From Centroscyllium fabricii (Eukaryota): a stretch of DNA of 64,000 nt. Within the stretch, counting starts at the first letter, position 1. The number at the start of each line of letters is the position of its first letter. This document shows positions 24,138 through 36,555 of the stretch, piece after piece. Both the position numbers and the translations under genes were made by a program. The DNA lies in assembly GCA_051313645.2 (NCBI GenBank), contig JBNRSN020000056.1, positions 5,084,001 to 5,148,000 of the forward strand. Reading direction: 5' to 3'. The notes under the pieces are model-generated. The model had not been told where the DNA came from. It saw only the letters and a list, made by a program, of their open reading frames with translations, and made no database searches.

Positions 24138-24878
24138 AATGAATGGTAAGACCCTAGGAAAGACACAGGATCAGAGGGACCTTGTTGTGCATGTACATAG
24201 ATCCCTGAAGGCAGCAGGACAGGTGGATAAGGTGGTTAAAACGGCATATGGGATACTTGACTTCATTAGCCGAGGCATAGAATATAAGAGCAGGGAGGTT
24301 ATGATGGAGCTGTACAAAACGCTGGTAAGGCCACAGCTGGAATACTGTGTGCAGTTCTGGTCGCCACACTATAGGAAGGATGTGATTGCTTTGGAGAGGG
24401 TGCAGAGGAGATTCACCAGGATGTTACCTGGGCTGGAGCGCTTCAGCTATGAAGAGAGACTGGACAGGCTGGGGTTGTTTTCCTTGGAGCAGAGAAGGCT
24501 GAGGGGGGACCTGATTGAGGTGTACAAAATTATGAGGGGCATAGATAGGGTAGATAGAAAGGAACTTTTCCCCTTCGTAGAGGGGTCAATAAAAAGGGGG
24601 CATAGTTTCAAGGTAAGGGGCAGGAGGTTTAGAGGGGATTTGAGGAGGAACCTTTTCACCCAGAGGGTGGTTGGAATCTGGAACTCACTGCCTGAAAGGG
24701 TGATAGAGGCAGGAACCCTCAACATTCAAGAAGCATTTAGATGAGCACTTGAAATGCCATAGCATACAAAGCTACGGACCAAGTGCTGGAAAATGGGATT
24801 AGAATAGAAAGGGCTTGATGGCCGGCGCGGACGCGATGGGCCGAGTTATGTACTCTATAACTCGATGGCTCTATGAAA
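24138..24878 (+). mobile_element. CR1 LINE 3' fragment (second subfamily)
   Basis: LYKTLVRPQLEYCVQFWSPHYRKD...; inverted relative at ~57360-57985. Confidence 0.9.
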
Positions 24879-25793
24879 TAAAAAATGACAAACTGTCGGA
24901 TTTTCGTTAAAACCTTAGGGTAGGAAACCTGCCGTCCTTGCCCGGTCTGGCCTAAATCTGACTCCAGTACCACTCAAATATGGTTGACTCTTAGCTGCCC
25001 TCTGAGGTGGCCGAGCGAGCCAGTCCGTTGCCTGAAAACGGCCCACAAGGGCATCCAGGGACGAGCAATAAATGCCAGCATTGCCCACATCCTGTGAATT
25101 AATTTTTTTTATTTTATTTCGATTCTGGGAGACGGGTGTCGCTGAGCCAGCTCTCTCCACTTCCACTGCTAAAGCTACCTCCCTTGTCCCAGCAGCAACA
25201 TTGTAGAGCCACAAATAACCTGAGTCTGCGATTTGGGTGGCACGCTGGCACAGTGGTTAGCACTGCTGTCTCCCAGCACTGGAGACCCGGGTTCAAATCC
25301 GGCCTCGGGTACTGTCTGTGTGGAGTTTGCACATTCTTCCCGTGTCTGCGTGGGTTTCCTCCGGGTGCTCCGGTTTCCTCCCACAGTCCAAAGATGTGCG
25401 GGTTAGGTTGATTGGCCAGGATAAATTGACCCTTAGTGTTAGGGGGATTGGATATGTGGGGTTATGGGGATAGGGTGGGATATGTGTCGGTGCAGGCTCG
25501 ATAGGAATCGAGGGATATGGGGGAGGGCAGGGGCGGGATACTGGGTTTGGATGATCAGCCATGATCTCATTGAATGGCGGAGCAGGCTCGAGGGGCTGAA
25601 TGACCGACTCCTGCTCCTAGTTTCTATTCTGCCACCTGGATAAGAGATACAGGAGTGCCAGTGCAGGGCGCCAACTGGCGGTCATTGATATCCTGGAATC
25701 TGAACTAAACGGGCGCCAGTGTCATCGAGGCTTTAGAACGATTTCATGCAGTTGAAATTATTGGGTAAAGATTGTGGAAATATGAAAGAAATA

Positions 25794-26381
25794 CTGGTTG
25801 AAGTTCGTTAATCCGGCACCCGAAAAACCGGCAACTTCGAACGTCCGGCAATAATTTCCCCGACTGCTCTGTGCATGCGCAAAATGGCCACCGCGATCGA
25901 TGCTTCGGCGAATGATCTGCGCATGCGCCGCTGAATGGCGAGCGCATGCGCAGATCATTCACAATGGCCGAGCCTGGCCGCTGCGAGCCTCCCCCGAGCC
26001 TGGCCGCTGCGAGCCTCCCCCGAGCCTGGCCGCTGCGAGCCTCCCCCGAGCCTGGCCGCTGCGAGCCTCCCCGAGCCTGGCCGCTGCGAGCCTCCCCCGA
26101 GCCTGGCCGCTGCGAGCCTCCCCCGAGCCTGGCCGCTGCGAGCCTCCCCCGAGCCTGGCCGCTGCGAGCCTCCCCGAGCCTGGCCGCTGCGAGCCTCCCC
26201 GAGCCGGGTCTCCCCGAATGATCGGCGCATGCGCAGACCACTCAAAATGGCCGCCGGCCTTTCACGGCGGCCATTTTGAATGGTCTGCGCATGCGCTCGC
26301 TGAAACTTCAATCGTTCGGGATTTTCACTTGTCCGGTACGGGCCTGGTCCCGCCCGTGCCGGATTAAAGAACTTCAACCTG
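25794..26381. mobile_element. Tigger-like MITE with ~28-29 bp internal tandem array (25967-26205)
   Basis: TA|CTGGTTGAAGTTCGTTAATCCGG...CCGGATTAAAGAACTTCAACCTG|TA; unit CCGAGCCTGGCCGCTGCGAGCCTCCC, about x8. Confidence 0.85.
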
Positions 26382-26450
26382 TACATGTATCGTTTTGTGC
26401 TAAGTCCTGCAAAGCATGATGGACTGGTTGACATGGGTTAAAAGTTTAAA

Positions 26451-26892
26451 TGTTGAAATAGCTGATGCAAGGCTATTGAATGCAGTCAAGGCAGAGCTTT
26501 CCAATTACGAGGTATAGCTTGCAGACAAGAACCGGAGAAAGATAAGAAGGGAGAAGTAAACCCAGTGATAAAGGTCTTTGCAGATAAGCAATAACTGACT
26601 ATGCATACATGCTGGAATGTAGCCAGACGCTCTTCTCCTGTGTCTTGTACCTAATTAAGCTGAACATAAGTAATTATGAAGTGAGAATCTTTATCACTGA
26701 AGTCAATGATGTAATGTCCACATAACTAACTGAACTTGTTTGGATTGATGTATAAATGTAGCCTCTTTGAGAACGTTCAGGGAGGAGAGCAGTGACCATT
26801 GCTTGTTGCTCTCTCTCCCTTATCGATAAGTAAAATAAAGCATTGTTAGCCAGTTACCACTTGTCTGAGTCTTTGCTTGGGAAACTTCAACA
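26451..26892 (+). mobile_element. Probable solo LTR ending 27 bp before exon 4
   Basis: TGTTGAA...TTCAACA inverted termini; TATAAA ~26751; AATAAA ~26834; no clean TSD seen. Confidence 0.65.
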
Positions 26893-26919
26893 AGATGCCT
26901 CTTAAATTTGTATTTACAG

Positions 26920-27077
26920 TTCAGTGCCCTCTTTAGGGAGTGACATACTCTCTGCCCCATTGTCAGACAGTGATCTGCTCCCTCCACCAGTATCAATGAT
27001 CGATTTACTCTCGGAGCCGGATTTGCAGAGTGACGTGCCTGAGGAGCTGCCCCATGATGGCGCTAATACGACACCAG
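26920..27077 (+). CDS. RAD23A: RAD23A-like exon 4 (acidic/Pro-rich linker)
   Basis: tatttacag acceptor; (S)SVPSLGSDILSAPLSDSDLLPPPVSMIDLLSEPDLQSDVPEELPHDGANTTP; donor GTCAGT; phases 2/1 join exons 3 and 5 in frame. Confidence 0.82.
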
Positions 27078-27389
27078 GTCAGTAAACCCATAATTTTCTC
27101 TTTTTTTATAAACGCAAGGCGTAGGACCAAGCCAAAACAGTAAGCCTACAAATGTCTATTATTTTAAAACCTTCTGTATGGTCAACTTATGATTTACTAC
27201 TGCCATGAAATGTCCTCCACAGTTGGAATAAATATAAACCAGTGGTGGACAGTGATAGAAAGATTCTACAATCATAAACTGCAGGAGGGAACCGTAGAAA
27301 TTCACAACTGTCATCTAATCACCTGATTCTAATTAGTGCCAGGCAATTAATCCTACATTAAAAAAAATGTATTTATAAAATGTCTAATA

Positions 27390-27822
27390 CAGGTTGTGCA
27401 CCGTTAATCTGGCACCCGATAATTCGGCACCTTCAGTGGTCCGGCACGAATCCGTCTGGCCGGCCCACGTGATCCCAGGGACGATCGCGATGCGCGGGCC
27501 TCTCCCCGACTGGTGCGCAGAGGCCATTTTGAATGGTCTACGCATGCGTGGTGGCCATTTTTAATGGGCTGTGCATGCGCAACGGCCATTTTGAATGGGC
27601 TGCGCAGTGGCCATTTTGAATGGGCTGCGCGGTGGCCATTTTGAATGGGCTGCACATGCGGCCATTTTGAATGGGCTGCACGGCGGCCATTTTGAATGGG
27701 CTGCGCGGCAGCCATTTGGAATGGGCTGCACATGTGCTCCCTGAACCTTCGGTGGTTCGGATTTTTCAGTGGTCCGGCACCTGCCTGGTCCCGAGGGTGC
27801 TGGATTAACGGTGCTCAACCTG
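27390..27822. mobile_element. Tigger-like MITE with GGCCATTTTGAATGGGCTGC array
   Basis: TA|CAGGTTGTGCACCGTTAATC...GATTAACGGTGCTCAACCTG|TA. Confidence 0.88.
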
Positions 27823-28317
27823 TATATTGAAAGTCCTGTGCTGTAGTTTGCATTTCCTGTAAGTGTCGCACCTACTCCTGGTAAGACTTTCTCTGCAGTG
27901 TTCCCTTTGAGCTGCGTGGCCACGCAGCGCCCTTGAGCTCCCGCGCAGCCAGTGAGCCCGCTTTTAAACTGGGAGAAAAACGAGTGGGTGGAATTTTGAA
28001 TGGGCCGCGCAACCTGTTAAAGGGGCCGCGCGGCCCCAAATTTTTTTTACAGGGGACAATGGGAGGTATTTTCCGATTGGAGGCTTCCTGCGCGCGGAGG
28101 CCTCCGATCTGGAAAGAAAAATCTACGGACTTACCTGAGGGCTCCCGAGGTCCGGACACTTGCATTCCTGGGCCTCTCCAACTCGAAGTGCGCAGAGGCC
28201 CAGGTATCCCGGAGGCGCAGGCGGTTCGCAAGCGTTCCTGGGATCACGTGGGCCACGGGGAGCCAATCAAAGAAAGGAATCTCCCTTCAGACACTTGACA
28301 GAGGGACCCGCCAAATA

Positions 28318-28633
28318 CAGGTCGTGCACCGTTAATCTGGCAACCTCGGGACCAGGCCGGTGCCGGACCACTGAAAAATCCGAACCACTGAAGGTTCGGG
28401 GGAGCGCATGCGCAGACCATTCAAAATGGCCGCCGCGTGGGTGCAGACCTTTCAAAATGGCCACCACGCAAGTGCAGACCAGTCAAAATGGCTGCTGCGC
28501 ATGCGCAGACCAGTCGGGGAGAGGCCCGCGCATCGCGAGCATCCCTGGAATCACGTGGGCTGGCCAGCGGGATTCATGCCGGACCACCGAAGGTGACGAA
28601 TTATCGGGTGCCGGATTAACGGTGCACAACCTG
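28318..28633. mobile_element. Tigger-like MITE (inverted relative to the 27390 copy), nested in another DNA element
   Basis: TA|CAGGTCGTGCACCGTTAATC...GATTAACGGTGCACAACCTG|TA. Confidence 0.88.
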
Positions 28634-29308
28634 TACATGAATGGACATCACCCCAAAAACACAGTAAAAGACTTTTTAAAAAGATTACATATTTAAAATG
28701 AGTTGAAATTACAATAAATTAAATTAAGCAAAAATATAATTTTTTGAAAAAATAATTAAAGTTTTTTACGGGGCTAAAAATTAATTTACCTTATAAAAAA
28801 TATTTTTAAATGATAAATGAATAAAATTAAATTTAAAAAAAACTTTTTTTCAAATCTTATGCTGGTAAAAACAGGCCTATCTGCCCGCAGAGGCCCTTCT
28901 CCAGGGTAGGTGTCCGATCTGTCAAGAGCGTTCTTGACAGATCGGAATTGCCGGCTTTCAGCGCGTGCGCTTGGCGTGCCTGAAACCGGCATTCCCGATG
29001 TCCATACGGGTGTGTCAACAGCGCGTAGGGATCAGAATATACGGCCCAGTGTTTCTTTGTCGCACTGTGGTAACACCCCTATTATAAAACAGTGTCTCCA
29101 CGGGAGTTCTGCTAGTGCGTGTGTTTATTATATATGTAACCTGAAAGTTGGCGAGTGTCCTGTTCAATATTGATCGCTGTGTTGCCCTCGGTGATTACTG
29201 GATGTTGACGGCCGTACTGGAGGATGGCATTTTGCAAGTGATTACTGGCACACCACACCAGTGTATTTACGTTTTAGCACATTCAGTTGCTTCTGTTTCC
29301 TTTTCCAG

Positions 29309-29436
29309 TGACAAGCCAGGCTTACGAGACCATGCTGTCAGAAATCATATCGATGGGCTATGAGCACGAGCAGGTGGTGGCAGCACTAAGGGCAAGCTTC
29401 AATAACCCACACAGGGCTGTGGAGTACCTGCTGACG
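29309..29436 (+). CDS. RAD23A: RAD23A-like exon 5 (UBA1)
   Basis: ttttccag acceptor; (V)[42 protein letters not shown], where [10 protein letters not shown] is RAD23A-type; donor GTAAGG. Confidence 0.96.
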
Positions 29437-31238
29437 GTAAGGTGTGTGTGTGAGGCAGGGTTGGGGGGGGGCAGCGTTCCCGCTAATTTCCATAGGAAGA
29501 TAGGAGCAGGAGTAGGCCATTCGGCTCCTCGAGCCTGCTCCACCACCATGGCTGATCATCCAACCAACGGTCCCGTTTAGCTGCGCAGCCGCCTGAAGCT
29601 CCCGTGCAGGCCACTTTCTCAATGGCCTTATCTGAAGAAGGATGTTCTTGCCATGCAGGGAGTGCAGCGAAGTTTGGGGGGCAGCGTTCCCGCTAATTTT
29701 CTTTTTGGGCACGCGGCCCCTTCACACTCACTGTCAGTACCCTGTCCCTGCTTTCTCCCCATATCCCTTGATCCCTTTAGCCTTAAGAAATACATAGAAG
29801 ATAGGAGCAGGTGTAAGCCATTCAGCCCCTCGAGCCTGCTCCGCCATTCAATGCAATCATGGCTGATCATCCAAATTCAGTACCCCGTACCTGCCTTCAC
29901 CCCATATCCCTTGATCCCTTTAGCCGTAAGAAATATATTTAACTCCTTCTTGAATATATTTAATGAATTAGCATCTACGGCCTTCTATGGTAGAGAATTC
30001 CACAGGTTCACCACTCTCTGGGTGAAGAAATTCCTCCTCATCTCATTCCTAAATGGCTTACCCCTTATCCTTAGACTGTGACCCCTGGTTCTGGACTCTC
30101 TGACCATCGGGAACATCCTTCCTGCATCTAGTCTGTCTAGTCCTGTTATAATTTTATAAGTTTCAATGAGATCCCCCTTCATTCTTCTAAACTCCAGCGA
30201 GTATAAGCCCAATCGACTCAATCTCTCCTCATACGTCATTCCTGCCATCCCAGGTATCAGTCTGGTGAATCTTCGCTGCACTCCCTCCATGGCAAGAACA
30301 TCTTCCTCAGATAAGGCCATTGAGAAAGTGGCCTGCACGGGAGCTTCAGGCGGCCGCGCATCTAAACGGGAGCGCTGGTTGGGTGCTGCTCACACCATTG
30401 AGTGCAAATTTTCTCTGACCGTTCCAAGCCAAGTACAGGAAACTCTCGTTTAAACGGCACCTAAATATCCGGAATTCTCTATTAACCGGCAAAATCCTCG
30501 CTCTGAATACAACACCTCAATAACCGGCAGTGTTGCCGAGTCCGAGTCTCCCACGGTGGCCGAGTTAGTCAGTGGGGGTGTTAACTCACTCACTCTGTGA
30601 GGAGGACCCACCTTCCTGGGTGTTTGGGTTCTTACTTTAGGAGACTAAACACGTCAGTCAGTCTGTCACTTTCTCAGTAATACACAAAGTCAGAGACTGT
30701 AAAATAATTAAAGTTTATTGAACTAATCCCAGTACCGGTACTTCACTCTGAGAGACCCCTTGTGTTTGCACACAAGCATAGCAACCCAGAAGTGCGCCGC
30801 TCACGCTGAGACTGCAATTATTTATACAATACATAAATGCAAAACAGACCTTGCAAAAAGATTAAACGTCCATAAGCTCAGCGAATAATTCTGAAAAACA
30901 AAAACAACCAATGAAAAAAAATAGAGACAGTAGAAACCCAATTAAATGTCAACATCTTTGTGTTGACTCCTCCTTATCTTTGCAGCTGCAGCTTTGTTAT
31001 GCAAGAAGTCACACAACACCAGATTATAGTCCAACAGTTTTATTTTAAATCACAAGCTTTCGGAGCTTTTGCCCCTTCGCCAGGTGAAAGAGAGACTGAC
31101 TTAAAGAACGCACATATGGGAGGAAGGGAGAAATCCGATCTCTCCCACATCTCACCTTAGCAGAGATAGACAGAGCACACAAAGGCGTATTAACATATTT
31201 TAAGAGATTCATTTAAACATAGCATATATAGAGAGAAC

Positions 31239-31404
31239 GAACAATGTGGTCTCTCCAGCTGTTTCACATCACACCTCAGCTGAGGGACATCAAAGCAATC
31301 AAAGGTGTTCTAACCTTTGATTGTTAGGGTTAGAACACCTTTGATTGCTTTGATGTCCCTCAGCTGAGGTGTGATGTGAAACAGCTGGAGAGACCACATT
31401 GTTC
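31239..31404. repeat. Perfect inverted repeat, 77-bp arms, 12-nt spacer
   Basis: 31239-31315 is the exact reverse complement of 31328-31404. Confidence 0.95.
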
Positions 31405-31684
31405 TCGTTCTCTCTCTCTCATCGATTCTGAGGCGGTTGATGGCTGTCCACTGTTTGCGAGGAAGGTTTGACCCTCGGTAAAGGATGCTAGTTAAACTGC
31501 CAGCTCCTGAAAAAAGATGTGCACCATTAATCTATGCACCTAAGGTACAAAATAGGGGACGAGATGAAATGCAGAATACCAGCAGCAAGTGTTTTTTCTC
31601 TGGGTGTGAGTCATGTTGACCTTGTCTAAGCTGTAATGTTGTGCATGGTAATAAGGGAGTGTAGCAAGTGCACCCTTTCCTGTA

Positions 31685-32168
31685 CAAGTTGTGCACCGTT
31701 AATCCGGCACCCTCGGGACCAGGCTGGTGCCGAACCACTGAAGGTTCGGGGAACGCGTGCGCAGACCAGTCAGAATCGCCGCTGCGCGTGCGCAGACCCG
31801 TCAAAATTGCCGCTGCGTGTGCGCAGACCAGTCGAAATGGCCGCTGCGTGTGCGCAGACCAGTCAGAATGGCCGCTGCGTGTGCGCAGACCAGTCAGAAT
31901 GGCCGCTGCGTGTGCGCAGACCAGTCAGAATGGCCGCTGCGCGTGTGCAGACCAGTCGAAATGGCCGCTGCGCCTGCGCAGACCAGTCGAAATGGCCGCT
32001 GCGCCTGCGCAGACCAGTCAAAATGGCCGCTGCGCGTGCGCAGACCAGTCGGGGAGAGGCCCGCGCATCGCAAGCATCCCTGGGATCACGTGGGCTGGCC
32101 AGCGGGATTCGTGCCGGACCACTGAAGGTGCTGAATTATCGGGTGCCGGATTAACGGTGCACAACCTG
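31685..32168. mobile_element. Tigger-like MITE with 31-bp array (GCAGACCAGTCAGAATGGCCGCTGCGTGTGC, about x9)
   Basis: TA|CAAGTTGTGCACCGTTAATCCGG...CCGGATTAACGGTGCACAACCTG|TA. Confidence 0.88.
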
Positions 32169-32386
32169 TATTTACAGTGCATTTTACTAAACAGTGATAA
32201 CCAGTATTTTGTACAGACTTTTTAGTGATGGTGTGTGGGCTGGTGCAATGAAATACATGAAGGAGGGAGAGTGAGCTGTGGCGAATGCAGCATTTATGCT
32301 AGATCTCACTGTTGTAAAATGAGTTATTTGATCTTGTTGGCAGAGCCACATTGAACCTCTGATGCCCTCTTTCTTTTGGTTTACAG

Positions 32387-32471
32387 GGTATGCCTGATGC
32401 TTCAGTGCAGGAGAGTGCAGTGCCCCAGGACGATCCTGTGTCTGGTCAAGTAACTAACCCAGAACCACTAG
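32387..32471 (+). CDS. RAD23A: RAD23A-like exon 6
   Basis: tttacag acceptor; GMPDASVQESAVPQDDPVSGQVTNPEPL (SVQES as in RAD23A); donor GTAAGG; phase 1. Confidence 0.9.
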
Positions 32472-32684
32472 GTAAGGGACACTGTGCACTTGTCTTTTGC
32501 AAATAACTTGACAAAGCTTCTGTTTGTTTATCTGGGTTACATATACTGAAATATTTGTGGGTGTTTATGATGCGCGATCAATTATACTCGAGGCAAGGTT
32601 CATAGAATCATAGAAACTTTACAGTGCGGATAAAGGCCATTCGGCCCATCCAGTCCGCACCGGCCCAGGAAACTCCTCACTATA

Positions 32685-35560
32685 CTAACCCCATTTGCCC
32701 GCACCTGGCCCATAACCCTGTATGTTACGGTCCTTCATGTGCTGGTCCAAATATTTTTTAAATGTTGCGATGGTTTCTGCCTCCACCACCCTTACAGGCA
32801 GGGAGTTCCACACTTCCACAACCCTCTGAGTAAAGACATTTTTCCTTACCTCCCCCCTAAACCTCCCCCCCCTAATCTTGAATCTATGTCCCCTAGTACT
32901 TGACTCTCCCACCAAGGGAAACAATGCCCCTTTATCCACCCTATCGTGTCCTCTCATGATCCTGTACACCTCAATCGTGTCACCCCTCAATCTTCTCTTC
33001 TCCAAGGCAAACAACCCCAGCCTGTCCAGCCTTTCCTCGTAGCATAAGTCCCCCAGACCAGGTATCATCCTGGTAAACCTTCTCTGCACCCTCTCCAGGG
33101 CAACCACATCCTTCCTGAAGTGCGGTGACCAGAACTGCACACAGTACTCCAGCTGAGGTCTCACCAGCGTGTTATACAAGTTTAACATTACCTCCCTACT
33201 TTTGTATACTATGCCCTGGTTAATAAAGGCCAGAATTCCGTATGCCTTCTTAACCACCTTGTTTACGTGTCCAGCAACCTTCAGGGAGCTGTGCACCTGT
33301 ACCCCAAGGTCCCTCTGTTCCTCGGTCCTACCTAACGTTTTTTTGTTCATGGTATATTCCCTTACCCCATTTGGTCTGCCGAATTGTATGACCTCGCATT
33401 TCTCTGGGTTGAACTCCATTTGCCATTTTTCTGCCCAACTAACCATTACATTTATATCTTCCTGGAGCCTTTTACTATCTTCATCGTTATTTACCACCCT
33501 TCCAATTTTCGTATCATCAGCAAATTTGCTGATCGTACCCCCTACTCCCATGTCCAAATCATTGATGTATACTAGAAACAGTAAGGGTCCCAAAACCGAT
33601 CCTTGGGGGACACCACTGGTTACTGGTTTCCAGTCACAGAAGCAGCCCTCTACCATTACCCTTTGTCTCCTATCCCCCAGCCAATTTTGAATCCACTGTG
33701 CCAAGTTGCCCTGTATCCCATGTGCTTTAACCTTTGTTATTAGTCTCCTATGTGGGACTTTATCAAAAGCCTTGCTGAAGTCCATATACACCACGTCAAC
33801 AGTACTCCCTTCATCCACCCTCTTTGTTACCTCTTCAAAGAATTCCAACAGATTAGTTAGGCACGACTTACCTTTGACGAAGCCATGTTGACTATCCCTT
33901 ATCAGACCCTGCTTTTCCAAATGCAGACTGATTTTGTCCCTCAGAATTTTTTCCATTACTTTCCCCACTACAGATGTAAGACTGATTGGCCTATAGTTAC
34001 CCGGTTTGTCCCTACTACCCTTTTTAAACAGGGGTACTACATTAGCCGTTCTCCAGTCCTCAGGTACATCCCCTGACGCGAGAGAGGACCTGAAAATTTG
34101 AGACAGGGGGCCCGCAAGCTCTTCCCTGGCCTCGAACAGCAGCCTGGGGAACATCGCGTCCGGCCCTGGTGATTTGTCTACCTTTAAGCTTCCCAAGATT
34201 TCTAGTACTTCTTCCCTTGTAATGGTAATATCCTCAATTACCCCCCCTACACTCTGTCCGATTACGATGTCGGTTCCGTCCCTCTCTCTTGTGAATACTG
34301 AAGAGAAAAATTAGTTTAGTACCTCCCCCACCGCCTCGGGCTCGACGCACAACTTTCCGCTATCGTCCTTAATGGGCCCCACTCTTTCCCTCGTGATCCT
34401 TTTGTTTTTTATATAACTGTAAAATGCCTTAGGGTTATCCTTGATTTTGCCGGCCATTGCAATCTCATGACCCCTCTTGGCTTTTCTTATCTCCTTCTTT
34501 AATTACCCCCTATACTTCTTATACTCCCCTAGCGCCTCCTCAGTTTTTAGCCGTTTATATTCATTGAAGGCCCCCCTTTTTTTCTTCATTAATTTACATA
34601 TATCCCTAGACATCCAAGGTTCCCTTTGTTTACCTCCCCCGCCCTTAATTTTTGCAGGAACATGTTCCTCCTGTATCTTCCCGACCTTCCCTCTGGAGGC
34701 CTCCCACTGCTCTGATGCAGATCTTCCTCTGAGAAGATGGCCCCAATCTACTGCGGCTACATCGCGCCTAATTTTAATGAAATCCGCCATCCCCCAGTTT
34801 AGTACTTTTACCCCTGGTCCATTTTTATCCTTCTCCATTACAATCTTGAAACTAACTGAATTGTGGTCGCTATCCCCGAAGTGCTCCCCCACTGTTACCT
34901 CCTCTATCTGCCCGTCTTCGTTCCCAAGTATTAGGTCTAGTACCGCCCCCCCCTTGTAGGTGACCCAACATATTGCTTCAAAAAACTCTCTTGGCTGCAT
35001 TTTAAGAATGCTGAACCTTCCGTGCCCCTCACACTCTGACAATCCCAGTTGATGTTGGGGAAATTAAAGTCCCCTAATATTATTACTTTGTTATTTTCGC
35101 TTATCTTCGTGATTTGCTCACATATCTTACCCTCCATCTCCCCTTTACTGTTTGGTGGTCTATAATATACTCCCAGTAAGGTGCCCCCCCCCTTTTTATT
35201 TTTTACCTCCACCCATAGTGCCTCGTTTGAGGAATCATCCATTAGGTCGACCCGCCTGATGGCTGTGATTGAATCCTTAATCAGTATCGCTACCCCCCCT
35301 CCCCTTTTTCCCTCGTCTCTGTCCCGCCTGAAAATTCTATACCCCGGAATATTTAGCTGCCATTCCTGCCCCTCCTTCAGCCACGTCTCCGTGATAGCTA
35401 CTATATCATATTCCCATGAGTCAACCAATACCTTTAACTCATCCACCTTGTTAGTCAGACTCCTTGCGTTAAAATATATACCTTTCATTCTCTGACCTAA
35501 TACTACCTTGTTTTGCTGTCTAGTCTGCTTTCCTTTATTAGGTTGTATTCCCCTACCCAT
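32685..35560 (-). pseudogene. CR1 ORF2 (APE endonuclease + RT), disrupted
   Basis: NARSL, ITETW, GDFN, GDSDH; QGSVLGP, KFADD; frameshift in the C-run near 34945 and in-frame TAA stops near 34503 and 34311. Confidence 0.9.
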
Positions 35561-35595
35561 TATGCCTTCACTCTGGGTCCCCTCCCCCTGCCAAT

Positions 35596-36555
35596 TTAGT
35601 TTAAACCCACCCCAACCCGACTATCAAACCTTCCCGCAAGGATATTGGTCCCATTCCGGTTCAGGTGCAACCCGTCCTGCATGTACAGGTTCCACTTACC
35701 CCAGAAGCAAGACCAATTGTCCAAAAAGCTGAAACCCTCCTTCCTACACCAACTTCTTAGCCACGAATTAAGCTGCTCTATCTTACGGTTCCTATACTCA
35801 CTAGCTCGTGGCACTGGGAGTAATCCAGAGATTACAACCTTTGGGGTCCTGCTTTTTAGCTTTTTACCCAGCTCCCTAAATTCTCTTTGCAGGACCTCGT
35901 CCCCCTTTTTTCCTATGTCGTTGGTGCCAATGTGGACCACAACTTCTACCTGGTTCCCCTCCCCCCTCAAGATGTCCTGCAGCCGATCCGTGACATCCCG
36001 GACCCTGGCACCAGGGAGGCAAGTAACCATCCTGGTGTCACGTCTGCGGCCGCAGAACCGCCTCTCTGTGCCCCTTACGATTGAATCCCCTATTACTACT
36101 GCTGGCACACTAGTTTCCCTCCCATTCTGGGCAGCCCCAGCACCCCTAGTGCCAGGAAGTAGGCTGCTGCTGCCCTCCCCTGGTAGGTCCTCCCCCTCCA
36201 CAGTATCCAAAGCGGTATAACTGTTGGACAGGGGGACGGCCACAGGGGTTCCCTGCACTTCCTTCCTCACTCTGGCACTCCTCTTGGTGGTCACCCAATT
36301 TCCTTCTATCTGGTCTACTCTAGTCTTTGGTGTGACCACCCTCTCAAACGTGCTGTCCACGACCCGCTCATCGTTGTCTACGCCCCATAATGCTTCCATC
36401 CGCAGCTCCAGCGCCGCCATGCGGTCGGCTAAGATCTGTAGATGGATGCATTTCCTGCATACGTGTTCTTCAGGGGCCCCGTCCGGGCCCCTGAATTCCC
36501 ACATATTACAGGTGGAGCATATGACTGCGATGGCCTGCACTGCCATGTCTCCCAT
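35596..36555 (-). CDS. CR1 ORF1p: zinc-finger-like N-terminus + SGNH esterase
   Basis: CSTC..HVCRKC; VVIGDS, CLPGA, HIGTND and DGLHLN esterase blocks; open 319-aa frame. Confidence 0.88.
   Translation of the reverse strand: MGDMAVQAIAVICSTCNMWEFRGPDGAPEEHVCRKCIHLQILADRMAALELRMEALWGVDNDERVVDSTFERVVTPKTRVDQIEGNWVTTKRSARVRKEVQGTPVAVPLSNSYTALDTVEGEDLPGEGSSSLLPGTRGAGAAQNGRETSVPAVVIGDSIVRGTERRFCGRRRDTRMVTCLPGARVRDVTDRLQDILRGEGNQVEVVVHIGTNDIGKKGDEVLQREFRELGKKLKSRTPKVVISGLLPVPRASEYRNRKIEQLNSWLRSWCRKEGFSFLDNWSCFWGKWNLYMQDGLHLNRNGTNILAGRFDSRVGVGLN

Noticed and set aside
32685-34196. Active or domesticated reverse transcriptase gene
   Set aside because: It is the open 3' part of a CR1 ORF2 whose upstream half has two stops and a frameshift.
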